From assembly GCA_008632985.1 (NCBI GenBank), contig QPGO01000111.1, positions 62,001 to 126,000 of the forward strand: a DNA stretch of 64,000 nt, given 5' to 3'. The notes beneath the pieces were generated by a model. The model worked only from the letters and a program-made list of their open reading frames with translations. It made no database searches and was not told the DNA's origin. The position numbers and the translations under genes were made by a program. Positions 1 to 14,660 of the stretch are shown here, in pieces (within the stretch, counting starts at the first letter, position 1; every line of letters starts with the position of its first letter). The DNA comes from Psammoneis japonica (lineage: Eukaryota).

Positions 1-3000
1 GTTGTAATGTGAGTTTGAAATGTTATGCGCAAAGTGGATTCGTCTCTTTATGAGAGAACATTGAGAAAGAAAAGAAAAGAGGAAGAGAAATCTTTCGAGT
101 TTCAAGTTGTTCGTGATTGATGATTCGTGACACCTGACACCGTTTCTTCGAAAATCTATTTTGTGTGTGTCGTCAGTCGGATTCGGCCGTTGTGTAGCAT
201 CTCTGTAATGACCCTACGTAGGAATGGAATCATGCATGATTGAGTTGAGTCAGTCATGCCTGATGACGATGGAGCCGATCTTTTTGAAAATCTATCGGCA
301 TGCAGCACAGACCGCAGGCCGAAAGGGTGCAAATTCCCTTGTTTGCATGGCATGTGTTTGCAAAAAGCATCAAAACAGCTGATGCTTTTAAATCATTTAT
401 GACACAATCATGGAAAAAATGCCCCCAAATGCTCTCTGCCTCTGCACTCGTCTCGCTCCACAAACAACATGAGACGGCAACGGCAGAAATGCCGCTCGAG
501 CTCAATGGAGGTGGGGCAGCTGGCACCTGCCTTCACAACATCGCTTGTGACACAAAAGCCTGCCACATTGTGAAGACAGATGCCAGCCACCCAACTGCAA
601 TTTTGTGAATGAACGAAGCATTTCTGCCATTGTCGCGCGTTGTTTGCATGGTGAGAACAGAATGCAGTGGGACATTTTTCCCACAATTGCGCCGCAAATG
701 ACTGGAGCAGCAGCAACATTTGATGCTTTTGCAAGTGCACATCATGGGGACAAAAGGGTTTGCATCCTCTCAAAGGTTTGGGAGGGGGGGGGGATGTGGC
801 AATGAGAGCTGGGGAGCCCGCTGACTAAAAACATGTGTGTGCCCAGCTTTTGGCGAGCACTGCCACGCTGCCACATGACAAAACTGGCTGTCCCGCTGAT
901 TCTGCCCCCTGAACCTTCAAGCCTGGCAGACTGAGCTGCTCTCACCATCTGCTTGCCACCTCCTCAACCCATTTTTTTGCAGCCATGTTGCAAGCTACAA
1001 AGTGAGCATGGCTCAACTTTGACACCTTTGCCCGCCCAAGCAAGGACAAACAAGCACCAGCAAGCTGGGTGGATGCCAAGGTGGCTCCCAATGGCAGGAC
1101 TTGCAAACTTGCTGCACACCAGCAGCTCACACTTCCAGCTGCAAAAGACAGTGGTGGTTGGCTGGGGCTGCACTCAATTTGCTCCAAACCTGGGGGCATC
1201 TTGAGAGCTCTGCACAAGGCACAATGTGCTCAGCATCTTTGTTGAAAAACTGCACATGATCTCTGGCTCACTTGCTCCACCAAAACCCTGTGCACAAACC
1301 CTGGAGCACACTGCAACAGAGGCAAAGATTTTGTGGTGGCAGCAGTGCCACCAGCAATTGCAAGTGCCTCAAATCCAGGAGTCAAAAATGGGCGCAAGCA
1401 GCCATTTGAGAGGGCTGCAGCTCTCTGGTCTTTAAAGTGATCATGCCGCCATCCTTGCTGTGCAGCTCCTGATGCGGCACACCAAGCTTTCAGAGCAGCC
1501 TTCCCCTGCACTCCTGTGCCTTTTGTTGGCTTGGACCCAACTGGGCTTGAGTCCAGCCAGTCCAGCAGAAAATGAAAACTGAGCTCCTGTTGCCAGAGAA
1601 GGGAGAAAGCATGGCAGGTTTGGTGGCGGACAAAATGTCCAACCAAGATGGCATGGTCCAGTGTGATGCCATTGACAAAAATGCTGCCCTTGCTCAAAAT
1701 GACATTTCTGATGATGATGCAAGCACCTTCTCCAGATGCCAGTGCTGCTCATGCAATTGCTTTTTCTTGACCTTGTGTTGCTTCTGACAAGCCACCAGCT
1801 GCACCATGACTTGGCCTGGTGTGGCAGCCTCTCAACAAAAAAGCCATGGCCTTCGTGCACTTTGGTGACACCACCGTCAACATGGTGTGCAAGCAAGAAA
1901 GCTCCAAACAAAAAGAAAAAGAAGCTGACATTGCAGAAGAAGAAAGCAGGTCATTGTGCACACCTGACAGCATGGTGCCCAGCTTGTGGTCATCAATGCA
2001 GCTTTCAAGTGTTGTCTTTCTTGTGGTGTTTCAGCTTGATTTCCAAGTTTTTTGCATCATTTCAAAACCACCAAAAAGTTGCTAGAGAGCACAGCACTTG
2101 CTTTGTCAGCTGCATTGTCATCATTGTCTGACTGTGTCCTGTGCCAACTCAACAAGAGCCAGTGCAACAAGCAGTGATTTGACAACTGCAGTTGGGGCAG
2201 CCATGTCATTTTCATTGTGTCTCTTCACAGCAAAAAAATGTTCCACATTCTTGCTGGCATTGCAGTGGCAACCCACCACCACAATGAAGTGAAAGACAAG
2301 TGCAGCACCACAAGGGGGTGTGAAAAAAAATTCCAGGGCCGCAGAGTGCTGAATGTGCAGCAACCATGAACGAACAAAGGGCTCTCAGAAAGAAGCCTTG
2401 CAGATGCTGACTTTTGTCCCCTGCTCACAAAGTTCTTGGTTGTTTTGGTTGCAAATTCTGCTGCCTTGTCTTGTTGGACACAGTCAGGGCCTCATTGCTC
2501 TCCAGCAGATTGCACACAAGCAAACATTTGTCCAGCACCCCTCAGCTGTTGTGTGCTTTGTGCAAGCAAAGAAAAGCAGCCACTCTTGTCACATTCCAGT
2601 GCTGAAGTGTGGTGCAATCCACCCACACATTGGAGGCTGTTTCTAACAGCAGAAGAGCTCTGCAGCTTGCACCCAATGCTTTCAGGGCACTGAAGGGGGC
2701 AGGAGAAGTGAACTTCTTTCCCACCCGGCTTTGTCCTCAGCCCTTTTTTTTTTGCCAAATCAAGTTGTTGTTTTTTTTTTTTGCTGCCAGCTCTGCCACT
2801 GAGAATGGCGGGCACATCATGACATGAAAAGTGGCATGCCATCATCTTGACGCATGACTCAGTTTTGGCACAAATTTGCCATTGGTGCACTGCAGCCAGA
2901 AACCACCTCACCATGGCGGCTCTCTGCATCAGAGCGTGCAATGCAGTGGTCATTGCACATCTTTTCATTGTGATTTTTGTTCCTTTCACAGATGAATTTT

Positions 3001-3316
3001 TTGTGGTTTCAAACCTCATCAGCTGTGCAGCTGGCAATGACATGTCAACTGTGACAGACCAACATTTTGTGCTGTGGGATCAGACCCCCCCTCCCTGTGA
3101 GAAAAAATGTTTCACCATGAAACAGGGGCACGTTTTCCCCGTGAGAGTGCCCACCCTCTGTCCCTGCAAAACCTGCAAATTAAAATCATTTGCATTGTGC
3201 CATGAACATTCTGTTTTGTTGTTTGCATTCAAACCAAATGACGCCGACAGAGACAACACCCCAGAGTCTGCAGCAGCAGCTGCAGCTCACTTTCTTTAAG
3301 TGCCACTGCTTGCAGC

Positions 3317-3935
3317 CACCTTGTTCATTGCCAAAAAAGTGCAGAATGCATTGTGAGAGTGCAATGTGGATGAACTGACACCACCAACAGGAACAGCAAC
3401 ACAGACTTGCCGGTGCATCCGGCACTGCCGATTCTGGAGCAGGCGAGTTTGCAGCAGCTGCTGCAGCTCTCTTTCTTGAAGAGCCGCCGCCAGCACCAGC
3501 AGCCACCTCATTCATTGCCGAATGGTGCAGAAAACGTTGTGAGAGCACAACAAAGATGAACCAACCACAGCCAATGGAGACGTCAATGTGCGGACATGCC
3601 TGTGCATCCAGCACCGCTGACTCTGGACCAGGTGAAGTGACACTGCTCTGATCCACCTCATTCATTGCAAAGAAGTGCAAAACACTTTGTGAGAGTGCAC
3701 AGGACAACAACAGCAACCAATTGAAACCACAACACAGACTTGCTGGTGCATCTGCCATGGCCCATTTGGTTGCTTCTGCCGCCGGTTCCCGACCCCGCAA
3801 AGCCGATTCAGGACCATGTGAAGCAACATTGCTCTGATCCACCTCATTCATTGCAAAGAAATGTGAAATGCTTTGTGAGAGTGCACAGGACAACAACAGC
3901 AACCAATTGAAACCTCAACGCAGACTTGCAGGTGC
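3317..3935 (-). repeat. Four degenerate tandem units (~150-186 bp), possibly repeated exon-intron modules
   Basis: ccacctcattcattgc...ttgtgagag recurs at ~3317, 3503, 3653 and 3839. Confidence 0.75.
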
Positions 3936-4129
3936 GCCCGCCTCTGCCGATTCGGGAGCTTCTGCCGCCGGTTCCCAACCCATCGACATGGAGTTGGCAG
4001 CTGCTGCGGTTGTTGCAGTCAACCCCCCCTGCTGCTCTTGACCACAAACAGCAGAGAGATTTGGGAAGCCTTTAAAAATGAGCCCAACAACTCAGGCAAC
4101 CTCCAATGGGTTGCCTCCCCACTCTCCAC

Positions 4130-4450
4130 CTCTGCAGTCTTTCTGGATCTGGGTGCAGAAATTGGAGACGACGGACGCAACGCAAGTGAACACATCAAAA
4201 ACAAGTGAAGCTCTTTTTGTGCATGCCTTTTTTGAAGAGTGTCACATGTGGCAAAGAACTTTTCATGTGTGTGATTCTGAGAGCTGCAGGAACAAGCACC
4301 GCCTGCAGTCTTTCTGGGTCTGGACACAGAAATTGGAGAAGATGGATGTGTTGTTGGCGAATGTGTCAAAAACCAACGAACCTCTTTTTGCACATGCCTT
4401 GTTTGAACAGTGCAATTTGTGGCAACTTGTGATGATTCTGGGTGCAAAAC
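4130..4450. repeat. Two-copy tandem repeat, ~170 bp unit
   Basis: ctgcagtctttctgg...cagaaattggaga...tcaaaaac...ctctttttg at ~4131 and ~4303. Confidence 0.75.
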
Positions 4451-7400
4451 TCTGACATGCGCGATTGTGACAACGCTGCAGAAAAGTGAGTTTGTGACGT
4501 GCGTGCACACAACACACAACAACACTCCAGCAGCTCAGCCTTCTGGATGCAGTGGATTTGTGACAGCACACTCGTGATTGCAAAATTCAAGCTGCACCCA
4601 AATAAAACCCCATCTTGACCAACCAGAAGGATGGCAGGTGTCACCATGCGTTGAGCTGCTGTCATCGGCCAATGGGGCAAAGTCTTTCACCGCGACCACA
4701 CGCAGGATCCGTGTGAATCACAACAGCACATGCTCTCATTTTTCAAACTTTGGGGAGAGCGTGCTGCAGAAAGAACAAACAGGCATCAGACGCCAGTTTC
4801 CTGGCATTTTGCCGGCAAAACAATTGTGTGGAAATTGTGCACAATTTTAAAAAAGAGATGAGGTTGGATCAAAAAATGTGACAGAGACACACAAAAACGC
4901 GACAAAATGCAATGCAACACAACAAGCAACAACGGCAACCATGTGGGGATAAAAGCCACATCCATGCTAATTTCAGGCATGCTGAAGCAACAAGACAAAC
5001 ATGATGAGTGCAGATGATGCAACATTTGGCTCACTGGTGTCCATCCAACAGCTCCAATTGATCATTCGAGATGATGCCATTGTCATCAATGTCCCGCATT
5101 GTTGCTGCACGTAATTCACGTAGAAAATCGCAAAAAAAAAGCCATCGACAATGATGCTCTGAAATCAACCACAAACTGCATCCAGAGTCAATGTGGGCAC
5201 ACATCTGTGCTCATTGCTTGCCATGAGATGCATCCAATGCATTTTGTCTCACAAAAATCAGTCAACAGCGTCACCGGCGGCATGCCATTGTCAGCATCGA
5301 ATGCCACACAAAAAGCACAGGGACGACGGAAATCGACTTCTTCTGTCGCATTTGTCTGTCCATCACCCGTTTGTCTCGTAGAATCTGTGAGAAAGCTCCC
5401 ACACATTTTGCGGTCTGTCCATGCTTCATCTGACGCCTGTTTGTTCCTGACAGCCGTTTGTTCTGCGTGCGGCGTGCACTGTTGTGAAATGTGCAGAAAA
5501 TTGCGCATGCAAAACACATGCTGAAAATGCCGCAGACCAACAGGCTGCACAAAAGTGAAGAAAAATGAAGGTGGGTCATGTGCGTGCGTGAAGTGATGCT
5601 GCAGACTGCACACGTGCAAAGACACACACACGTGAGCGAGGAGGACAAAGTCAAAGCCAAGTTCAAATTGATTGCGGTCAAAAGGAAACCAAACCATGCA
5701 CAACAAAAAACAGATTTTGTTCCCAATTGAACCAAATCAATGGCAATCTTTCACGCTGCAGAGTCATTTGCGCAGAAATGTGTGGAACAGCACCAAGACA
5801 ATCATTGAAAAGTCTGTCTGTCTGTCCTCAGTGAATTTTGACTTTGCGAAAAATGGACTTGACTGTTTTCTGATCAGGTGCATTTTTCTTCGACACATTT
5901 GCAAAAACGCACCTGACCCGATGACAGTCAAGTCTGTTTTTGCACAAATTGTGTGGGCACAACAGCCTCAGCACAAAAACGTGCAGATTCTGCAGGCGTC
6001 CACAGTTGTTTTGTGCTTTTTACGTCACGGGTCATTTTTGAAAGATTCCCCATTGTTGCGTGCATTTGATCAAAGCTTGTGCAAGAAAAGTCAATGAGAC
6101 ATCAGACAAAATGCAAAAAACAGCTTCATTTTGTCAAGCACTTTTGCTGGCATTTTTTAAGCTCTGCTTGTTGACAATTTTAACAGCGCACGCTCAAAAT
6201 TTTACAAAGGAAAGTGAGGGCCACTGTGTTGCCACCTCTGATGCAGCAGTCATTTTCTCAACTGGACTGCCTTCAAGAGCCACAACAATTGACACAGCAC
6301 ATTGCACCTCATGAACTCATGTGTGGCAAATTTGACACATGAGAGAGCACAGCAAGCTTGTGTTGTTGTCTTGCACAGTCGAAAAGTGAGCTGCAAAAAA
6401 TTGAACATTTCTGCTGTTTTCACTGCAATTGATTGACATTTCAAAGCACAGCAAGCCATGTGCATGTGAAATCAAGCGCAATCTCTGTCAACACATGCCA
6501 GCATCATGGTGAGCTCATGGTTGTCAATGGAGCATGTTTCACTCGTGGTCCACTCCCCAGCGTTCGGAAGAAAGAAAATGCTCAGACACCAACAAATTTC
6601 ACACACAAAATTTAACACCGAGGTCCACATGTGTGCAACCTTGTGCGGCATTGGTGTCTGAGCTCTTTCTCCCTCCAGAGTTCAAGACACTTTTGGTCGA
6701 TTCAAGCCGGCTCAAAATGCTTTTTGCAAAAAGGCCAAATGATCAACAAAATTTTTTCCACTGCCATGCAACTCAGCACCTGACAATGACATCATGCTGG
6801 CGCAACTGCAAGGGCCAAAAATTTGCTGAAACAAACACCACAAAAGGAAGTGAGCACCGCAATGCTTCTGTTGACAAAGTCCGCATCAACAAACATTGAA
6901 ACAGATGGAAACAACACAGCAGAATCAACTCTTGCCATCAGTGTGAAGAAATGCCGCCCAACAATCTTCAATGAGACACAAGAAATCTGCTCGAACCGCG
7001 ATTGACCGTGGCCATGGCACACCAATCACAAAAACACAAACGCAATGATCAGAGTGCTGACTCTGGTTGTTCTGACAATTGTGCCATGTCCTCATTGATG
7101 CAGAAGATCAGATTGTCCATCAAAATCTTGTCCAAAAGCAACACGGCGAATGCAAACCAGCCGCCATGTTTTCTCTTGTTGTGAAAGTGCAGAGTTTTTT
7201 CAAAATGGCTTGATTTGTGAAAAAGCGTCTTGAAATCTGGGAGGGAGTCAGAGGTTGGAGGTTGCAAGAGATGTTGTGCAGAAATGTGCCAAGCATTCAT
7301 TGCACAGATTTCTGCGCAGCATCAAATTGTCTCCACATGTGTGGACCTCTGCACTCCTGAATGCTGGGGAGTGACTTGTGGCCACCATTGTCACTCCATT

Positions 7401-10400
7401 TTGACAAGTCATGGAAAATTTGAAATGTCAAACATTGTTGTTTGAAGGAGCACAGTTGAGTGCAGGTTCTTCACATTCAACATTTTTTGCACAAATGGCA
7501 GGTGCATTTTTTCACTCATTGCAACTCAAAAATGGATGGGTGTGCACTGGCCTTGACTGCCAAACACAACATGTGCCAATGTTTGGACATGAACATTGGG
7601 CTTGCCACCACAAAAAATTGATGCAGGGCAAAATTTCAGTTGGGGGCTTTGTCCCCAGTGCGAGGGGCACATTCTCAAAAAGAAAGACAGAAAAAAGCGC
7701 TGGAGACACAACAGCACACAAGTGCCAAAAGCAGAGCTTTTTTTCATTTTTTCTTGTCAACAAATGCCAGCACTGTGGGGTGTCACCCGATGGTGACAAA
7801 GAGCATGCAATCATGGTGCCAAGAGAGAGGAGCACAGGATGGAAGACCTTGTGTCAAAAGTCAGTGGCCAAGATGCAGCACCACAGTGTTTTGCTCAATC
7901 TTGGTGCAAACAGCGCTTCCAAAAGAAACCAAGACAAGCAAGAGCTGCTGCAGCTGTTTTCTTCAACAGCAGCGCAGCACATGCACTCCCACTGCTTTGT
8001 GCTGGGGGTGCTCCTCATGTGTGTGTTCTTCATCAGCCAGTTTTGTTGCCCTCAAAAGGGCTTTGGCAGGTGACGTGTGACACACTCCAGCTCCAGGCGG
8101 AACTTTTTGTGACATTTGCCTCATGGACTTCTACGTGCAAGCTCTGCACTTCGTACTTTGGTCAATGGACACATTTGTGTTTCACATGAAATGAGCGACC
8201 AAGTTCACGGCACACACGCCCCTGTGTCTGCTCAAAGCTTTGGACAATTTGCCTGCCCTGCGCCATTTCTCAAGACATTTGAGAATGGCGTGCAGTCTGC
8301 TTGCTTTATCGCGCACTTTTTGGCATGCACCCTCTCTGTGACATGTGCTAAAAATCCTGCCTGACCCCTCCAACAAAGGTCAGAAGTCCCTGTTGATGGA
8401 CAGACTGACAGACCATGTCACAAATCCATGATGCGACTGGAGTTTGAGGCAATGAAACCATTGAGACAACACTTGCAACAACTGCAGACACCCTTGTTGA
8501 CCATTGTTTGCCTCCAAGAAGTGGCCCTGGGCTTCTTTGCACCTGACAGGACCAAAAAACTGATGAAGGCAGGTCATGAGTTTTTTCAAAAAAATGCAGC
8601 AGTGGCCACACGAACGTGGCCCCAAAGCATTGTGAGTCATGAGGGAGAAGTGCAAGATTTCAAACCAAAAGCAAATCTTGGCACTGACTGATTCTGCGTG
8701 TGTGGCAAACACACGCACTTTTGCATGAGGATGCAATGACATGTGCCCTCTCCACAACATGTGCTCAAGACTTGTTTCAGACTTGGGTGGTGCGCTCATG
8801 CCCGTTTTTGCACAAAAATGAACATTTGATGCTTCTTTCAATGTCGTCGACATTTTGTGATCACATCAACTGCCTTCAAGCAAAACAAACTGAGCAAATT
8901 TGAGCCCCAACAAACAGCCAAAACGGCCATGGCTTTCAGTGACCATGATGGCCAGCTTTTTTCAACCTCATGGAAAATTTGGTGTCATGATGAGGACCGC
9001 AGCATTTAATGTGGTCTGTGGCATCTGCCACAATGATGGAAATGCTTGATGCAGGCTGCAGCATGGCACAAGAAGACTTGGTCTGTCAGCCCCAAAACAA
9101 CCGAGCCTCAGCTCACTCACAGTTTGCCTCCAAGGTGCATTTCTTTTCCATTTCCATGTGTGTTTCCTCCATGACATGGACTCACGCAAGTGTGCCAGTC
9201 ATTTGTGCTGACAGAGCAGTGAAAAAGGGTCCAAAGTCAAAATGCCATTGCACGCGCTGAGCTTCACTTCTTCTCACGTCTTCTGAAACTTGTTGATCAA
9301 CACATGTTTCATTCAATCCATTGAGACCAACTTGCACACAAACAAGCAGACAAAACATTGTTTGTGTCACATTCAAGAACACATTGGCACACAAGAGTGA
9401 CGATCAATGTTGTTTGTCAACACATGAAAACAGCCACAAATTGCTCATCGGAAAAAAGAGCTCTCATCTTGTGGCGCAATTTGGCGATCAACAACTTGGT
9501 CCATCCTCAGTTTCTCATGCATGGGCACACACACGAGACCTTTCTGCATGCACCCATGATGACACATTTCAAGATCATCACATTTTAACTGTTGAAAATT
9601 GCGCCGTAAGTTTGGGCTGTGCGCTCATGCAAAAAGGGGCATTTTTTTTTGCGTGCATGCACACCCAAGTCTGGAACAAGTCTCAAGTGCAGCATGTGCG
9701 CCCCCAGCACATGTCAACGCAAGCAGACTGCAGAAGAAAAAATGTCAAAAGTTGTTGAGTGGATCTCCCAATGATTGCGCTGTAAAATCGTGCAAAATGC
9801 AGCCAAAATCACGCAGAAATGTGCGTGCGTGACATGCGACGCCATTCAGAAAACTGTCGATGTCACAGCTCAGCAGTGCAAGGTCCCACCTGCCAGACCT
9901 GGAAACATGTTGTGTGAGAGATGGCAGCACTTTGTGTGAGATTTGCTCTTTTTTGCAGAGATGGCAGCCATTCTGAGATGTGGTGTGATGGCAACAACCC
10001 CAGCAGAGAAGCCAAGCTGTGCATCTTGTCTCTTTCTGCAAAGTTGAAGCCACCCATGTTTGCTCTGACAAGTCAAGCAACACACACTTGTGTTTTGTTG
10101 TCTCTTTTCAATCAGAACAAACTGCATTTTTGCCTTTTTGTCAGATGAGGACATGACAGTGCTGCCCCAACACAATGAAGTGAAGAAAAAATGCAGCAGG
10201 AAAATGCACGTGGCATGTGTGGCTCCTGCTTGGAGGAGGGAGCACATCGGAAAGGCAGACAGACAAATGGCACAAGGCGCTGATGGGTGCAGATGGACAA
10301 CACGAGCTGGAGATTCCATGTGATCTTCATGAACATGTCTCTGACCATTTTTGCTCATCTGTGCAGCTGCCATGATTTGGTGCCATGCTGAAGTTTTGAA

Positions 10401-11739
10401 ATCACCCATTTCTTTTTGCAAGGTGTCCTTCTTTTTTGCTGGCGGCAAGCCTGGTGTTTGCACATGGACATTTGTGAGTGTCACACTGGGCAGTGCCAAT
10501 GCCGGCGCATTGTCTGTGCACTGATTTTTCACATTGAACATGTGAAAAATGCAAATGCTCTGCACATTGAGCAATCTGCAATGTGAAGAACCTGCAGCTG
10601 ATGAAACACCTGCATGCGCGAATGTCCACAGACTCGCCATGACACTGACATGTGTCAACAGTGTGCACTTCATTTCATGTGCACATGCCTCACTGTGCTT
10701 TGACATTGATTGATCACAGTGAAAACAGCTGAAATGTTCAATTTTTTACCCGTCGCTTTTCAACCGCACAAGCCAACAATGAGCCCGTTGCACTCTTGTG
10801 TGTCAATTCTGCCACACACACAAGTTTGCAAAATGCAAAATTGTGTTGATTGTTGTGGCTCTTGAGCGCAACACCATTGAGAAAATGGCAACCACAGAGT
10901 TGCCATGGTGTGGTGGTTTCTGCGGTTTCCGGCTGTGGCGCGCCAGCTGCGAACTCACAGCACTGAAACTGAGTTGTGCTTGACGAGTTAGTGTGGCTGC
11001 AGCTTTGCACATCATGTGCCCACCATTCTCAGTGGCAGGGCCTCCAGAAAAATGGACATTTGGCAGAAAAAAAATGGCTCAGGTTTTGAAAGAGCTCCGC
11101 CAAAGCCCTGTGCACACCTGTTGGAACACACTGCAACAGAGGAAAAGACTTTGTCTGGAAAATGTCATGGCTCTTGTTCAGAACTCGTTTTGCTCTTGTC
11201 AAGAATCCTGTGTTCTCAACAAGTGCTCATCAATTGTGTGCAAAGCGATTTTGACAATTGCCCCAACATTCCAGGTGGGATTTAATGCTTGATGAAAATG
11301 ACTCTAATTCTTCATTTAATCTTGACAAGATTGCGACCACAATGATTTTGAAATTGCTCAGTTTACACTCACAATTGGTGCAACCTTCCAAGCAGGAGAT
11401 GGTTGTCCGTCAATGAAACTTCTCAACAAGGGTGCAATTGTGTGGCTGCTTTGCAACACCGCTCATTTCTGACAACTGCAACATTCATTCATCACATTGA
11501 GATGCTCGCACATTGGCTGGCTGTGTGTTCCTTGCAATGTGATTGTGCCAGCTGTGTCATGTCATTTCTGCAGTGAACTTGTTTTGTTTCCTGCTCTTCC
11601 CTCCTTGGCTTGTTCCTGTCTCCTGCTGGTTCTCCCATGCCGCAGTGATGGCATGATGCTTCACTCATTTCGCTGACCCTTGCTTGCATCCACTCTCACT
11701 TGCCATGCACAATCCTGTCGTTTGCTCGTGTTGCGACCT

Positions 11740-11980
11740 TGTCTCTTTTGCTTGTCATGCCAGATTGCCAAAGCTTGACCCGCAAAAGAGAGAAAAGAGC
11801 TTGCAACAGATCAGAGCATTGCGTGTGTTTTGTTTTTTGAGTGGGCTTGTCTTGACAAAAACAGTGCTTCTGCTCACCTTTGCACGCAACCATGTCTCTT
11901 TCGTGCTTTGCACCAGTTTGCCAAAGCATCACCTGCAAAGAAGAAAAAAGAGCATGCAACAGATGAGAGCATGCGTTTGC
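11740..11980. repeat. Two-copy degenerate direct repeat, ~153 bp spacing
   Basis: gtctcttt...ccag.ttgccaaagc...gaaaagagc.tgcaacagat.agagcat at ~11741 and ~11894. Confidence 0.7.
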
Positions 11981-12839
11981 ATTGTTTTGAATGTGCTTGG
12001 TGCAAACGCTGTTTCTGCCCAGCTTTGTGTGGCCCCTGCAGGGCCGTCTTCCCTTCTGGCTCCCCTCGCATGTCATCAAAATCATGTCTGAGTTGAAAGA
12101 CTGGCAAAAACATCAGTTGCTTGCATTGTTGCCCAAGCTCCGTGCACTCACTGGCTCAGTTCCTGCCTCTCTCTTGCCTTGTGTTCCACATTGTCCTCCT
12201 CCCCCTGACGTGCTCTTCTGTTGCCTTCCCTTGCTGCTGACGTCATTGTCACAATGTTTGATGAGCCTTGTGTTTTGTGTTTTGCATCTTGTGAGGAAAT
12301 GATGGTTCATGTTTTTGCAGCAATGTTGAGCCTGTCTGCCTGGTGATTCCTGTTGGCATCATTTTTAAGTGACAATTTTGTTTTAAAATTCCGTGCTCAC
12401 ATTCAGTTTTGAAGGTTTGAAGCCATGATGAATCATCCAGTCATTGAGGTTTTGCATGTGTGTTGGCAGTTGGTCGATTCCTCATCTTTCATTGTGTCAA
12501 TGTGTTCTTGTCAAGATGCAAAATTTCACAGCCTTGCTGCACAGTTTTCATCGTGTCAATGTGTTCTTGTTAAGATGCAAATTTTCACAGTCTTGCTGTG
12601 CAGGTTGAGCTGGCAAATCTCAACCTCAATCTCAGCCACAAGAGCTCAGCAGCAGGAGCCCTCAGAGAAACCAAGGCTCTGCTGCTGGAGCTGCTGCAGC
12701 GCTGGCTGATGGTCTAAACCCAGCAACCGCCACCACTCCTGCTGCCTCTACAATGACAAAGCCACTGTGCACCATGCCAATGTGGGCCTCTCCAGCCACT
12801 GCAACCAAAAATCTTGAATTTCTCATGCACTGGCACAAA

Positions 12840-14660
12840 GTTCACATGATTGTTGTTGCATGCCCTGGCACCCAATGGAGTCTCCTCCCACAGTCATCCC
12901 AAGACAACTGGCTGCTTGTGCCGTCACACAAATGGCTTGATGATGGTCTCTGCACAGGTGTGCCAGCTGGGCCAAAGAAGCCCCCAGTCATGTCAGAAAG
13001 AAAAGGGGCAACATTGACACAAGACAAGCCTTTGCTCCCCAACCAAGGTTGTTGTTGGCTCTCCTGGGATGCAATGGAATCACACCCAAGGTCAGCAAAA
13101 GACATCTGGGCACTTGCGCTGTCTGCAGAAAGCTCCCTTGCCTTTGCAGGTGGGATGGTGGCTTGGTCGCCAAAGCAAGCCGATCACATCAGAAAGAAAA
13201 GAGGCTGCATTGGCCCAAGACAAGGCTTTTCCTTCCCAACCACCATTGTTGTTGCCTCCTCCTGGACCCAACAGAGTCTCTTGTGCCCATCCCCAGACAA
13301 CTGAGTGCTTGCACTGTCACACAGATGGCTCCCTTGTCTTTCTTGCAGGTTGAGCCACCAAAAGCCATCCTGAGACAACGGAGTGCTTGCGCTGTCACAC
13401 AGTTGGCTCCCTTTTCTTTCTTGCAGGTTGAGCCACTAAAGCCATCCTGAAACAACGGAGTGCTTGCACCATTGCACAGATGGTTCCCTTTTCTTTGCAG
13501 GTTGGCTGGTGCCTCCACACCTTGTGCAGCTGGGCATCTTCTTGAGTGGAGGAGTCATGCAAGGGGCTGCTGCTGCTGCCCAAGACAAGGCTTGCAGCTT
13601 CCAAAATCAAAAGTGCAAAGACACCACAGTTGGGCCAAGAACCCACTCAACAAATGCAGGCTGAGTGCATTCTTTGGGGTCCATGCCATGATGCAGGTGG
13701 TGGCAGCAACTCAAGCCAATGTGCATTGATGGTGATGATGATGATCTGGCTTGGCATTTGGCAAATGTTTGCTGGAACATGGGGGCACCACTGCTGCACG
13801 CTCTGCTTCAGTTCCTTGAGTGGCCTTGACCTGTGCACCATTCATGCTCTGTGCACTGCTCGGCAAGCCTGTTGCTCCAGTTGGAGACACCAAGACATGC
13901 AACCAAACTCACAGCCAGACAAGGCTTTTCCTTCCCAACCACTGTTGTTGTTGCCTCCTTGAGGACCCAAATGGAGTCTCTTGCAAATGTCCCAAGACAA
14001 CATGGAGTGCTTGCACTGTGCCACACAGACAGCTCCCTTGTCTTTCTTGCAGCAGGACGGTTCTTTGATGGGCCAAACCCAGTCATGCCAGGGAGACAAG
14101 GTGCCGCACCAACACAAGACAAGGCCTTTGCTTCCCAACTGTCATTGTTGTTGCATTCTCTGGGACCCGATCAAGTCATCCAAGGCCGCCCCAAGACAAC
14201 AGAGCACTTGCACTGTTGCGCAGATGGCTTTCTTGTTTTTGCAGGTTGGGCGGCTGTGCCAAGAAACCCAGTCATGTCAGAGAGACAAAGGGCTGCGTGG
14301 ACACAAGACAAAGCCTTTGCTTCCCAACCATTGTTGTTGTTGCATCCTCTGGGACCCACTGGAGTCCTCCAATGCCATCCCAAGAGAGCTGCAAACCTCC
14401 TTTGCCACATCTGTGGGTGCGGTGCTTTCACACCTTGTGAAGCTGGGCATCTTCTTGTGTGGAGGAATCATGCCTTGGGCTGCTGCTGCTGCTGCTGCTG
14501 CCCAAGACATGGCTTGCAGCTTCCCAAATCAAGATTGCAAAGACACCACACTTGGGCCAAGAACCCACTCAACAAATGCAGACTGAGCGCATGTCATGCA
14601 GGCGGCAACTCAAACGAGTGTGATGCATTGATGGTGATGATGATGATCTGGAGCACCGCC
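12840..14660. repeat. Complex degenerate tandem repeat array
   Basis: caagacaagg...ttcccaacc...tgttgttg...ggaccc recurs at ~13020, 13215, 13915, 14115 and 14304. The block 13515-13750 is repeated at 14430-14650. Confidence 0.75.

Noticed and set aside
1274..1332. ~60-bp similarity to 11094-11152
   Set aside because: A real but short, degenerate dispersed repeat; no element boundaries could be defined.
12840..14660. CRISPR-like array
   Set aside because: Units are long, degenerate and irregular with homologous 'spacers'. Eukaryotic context and no cas genes.
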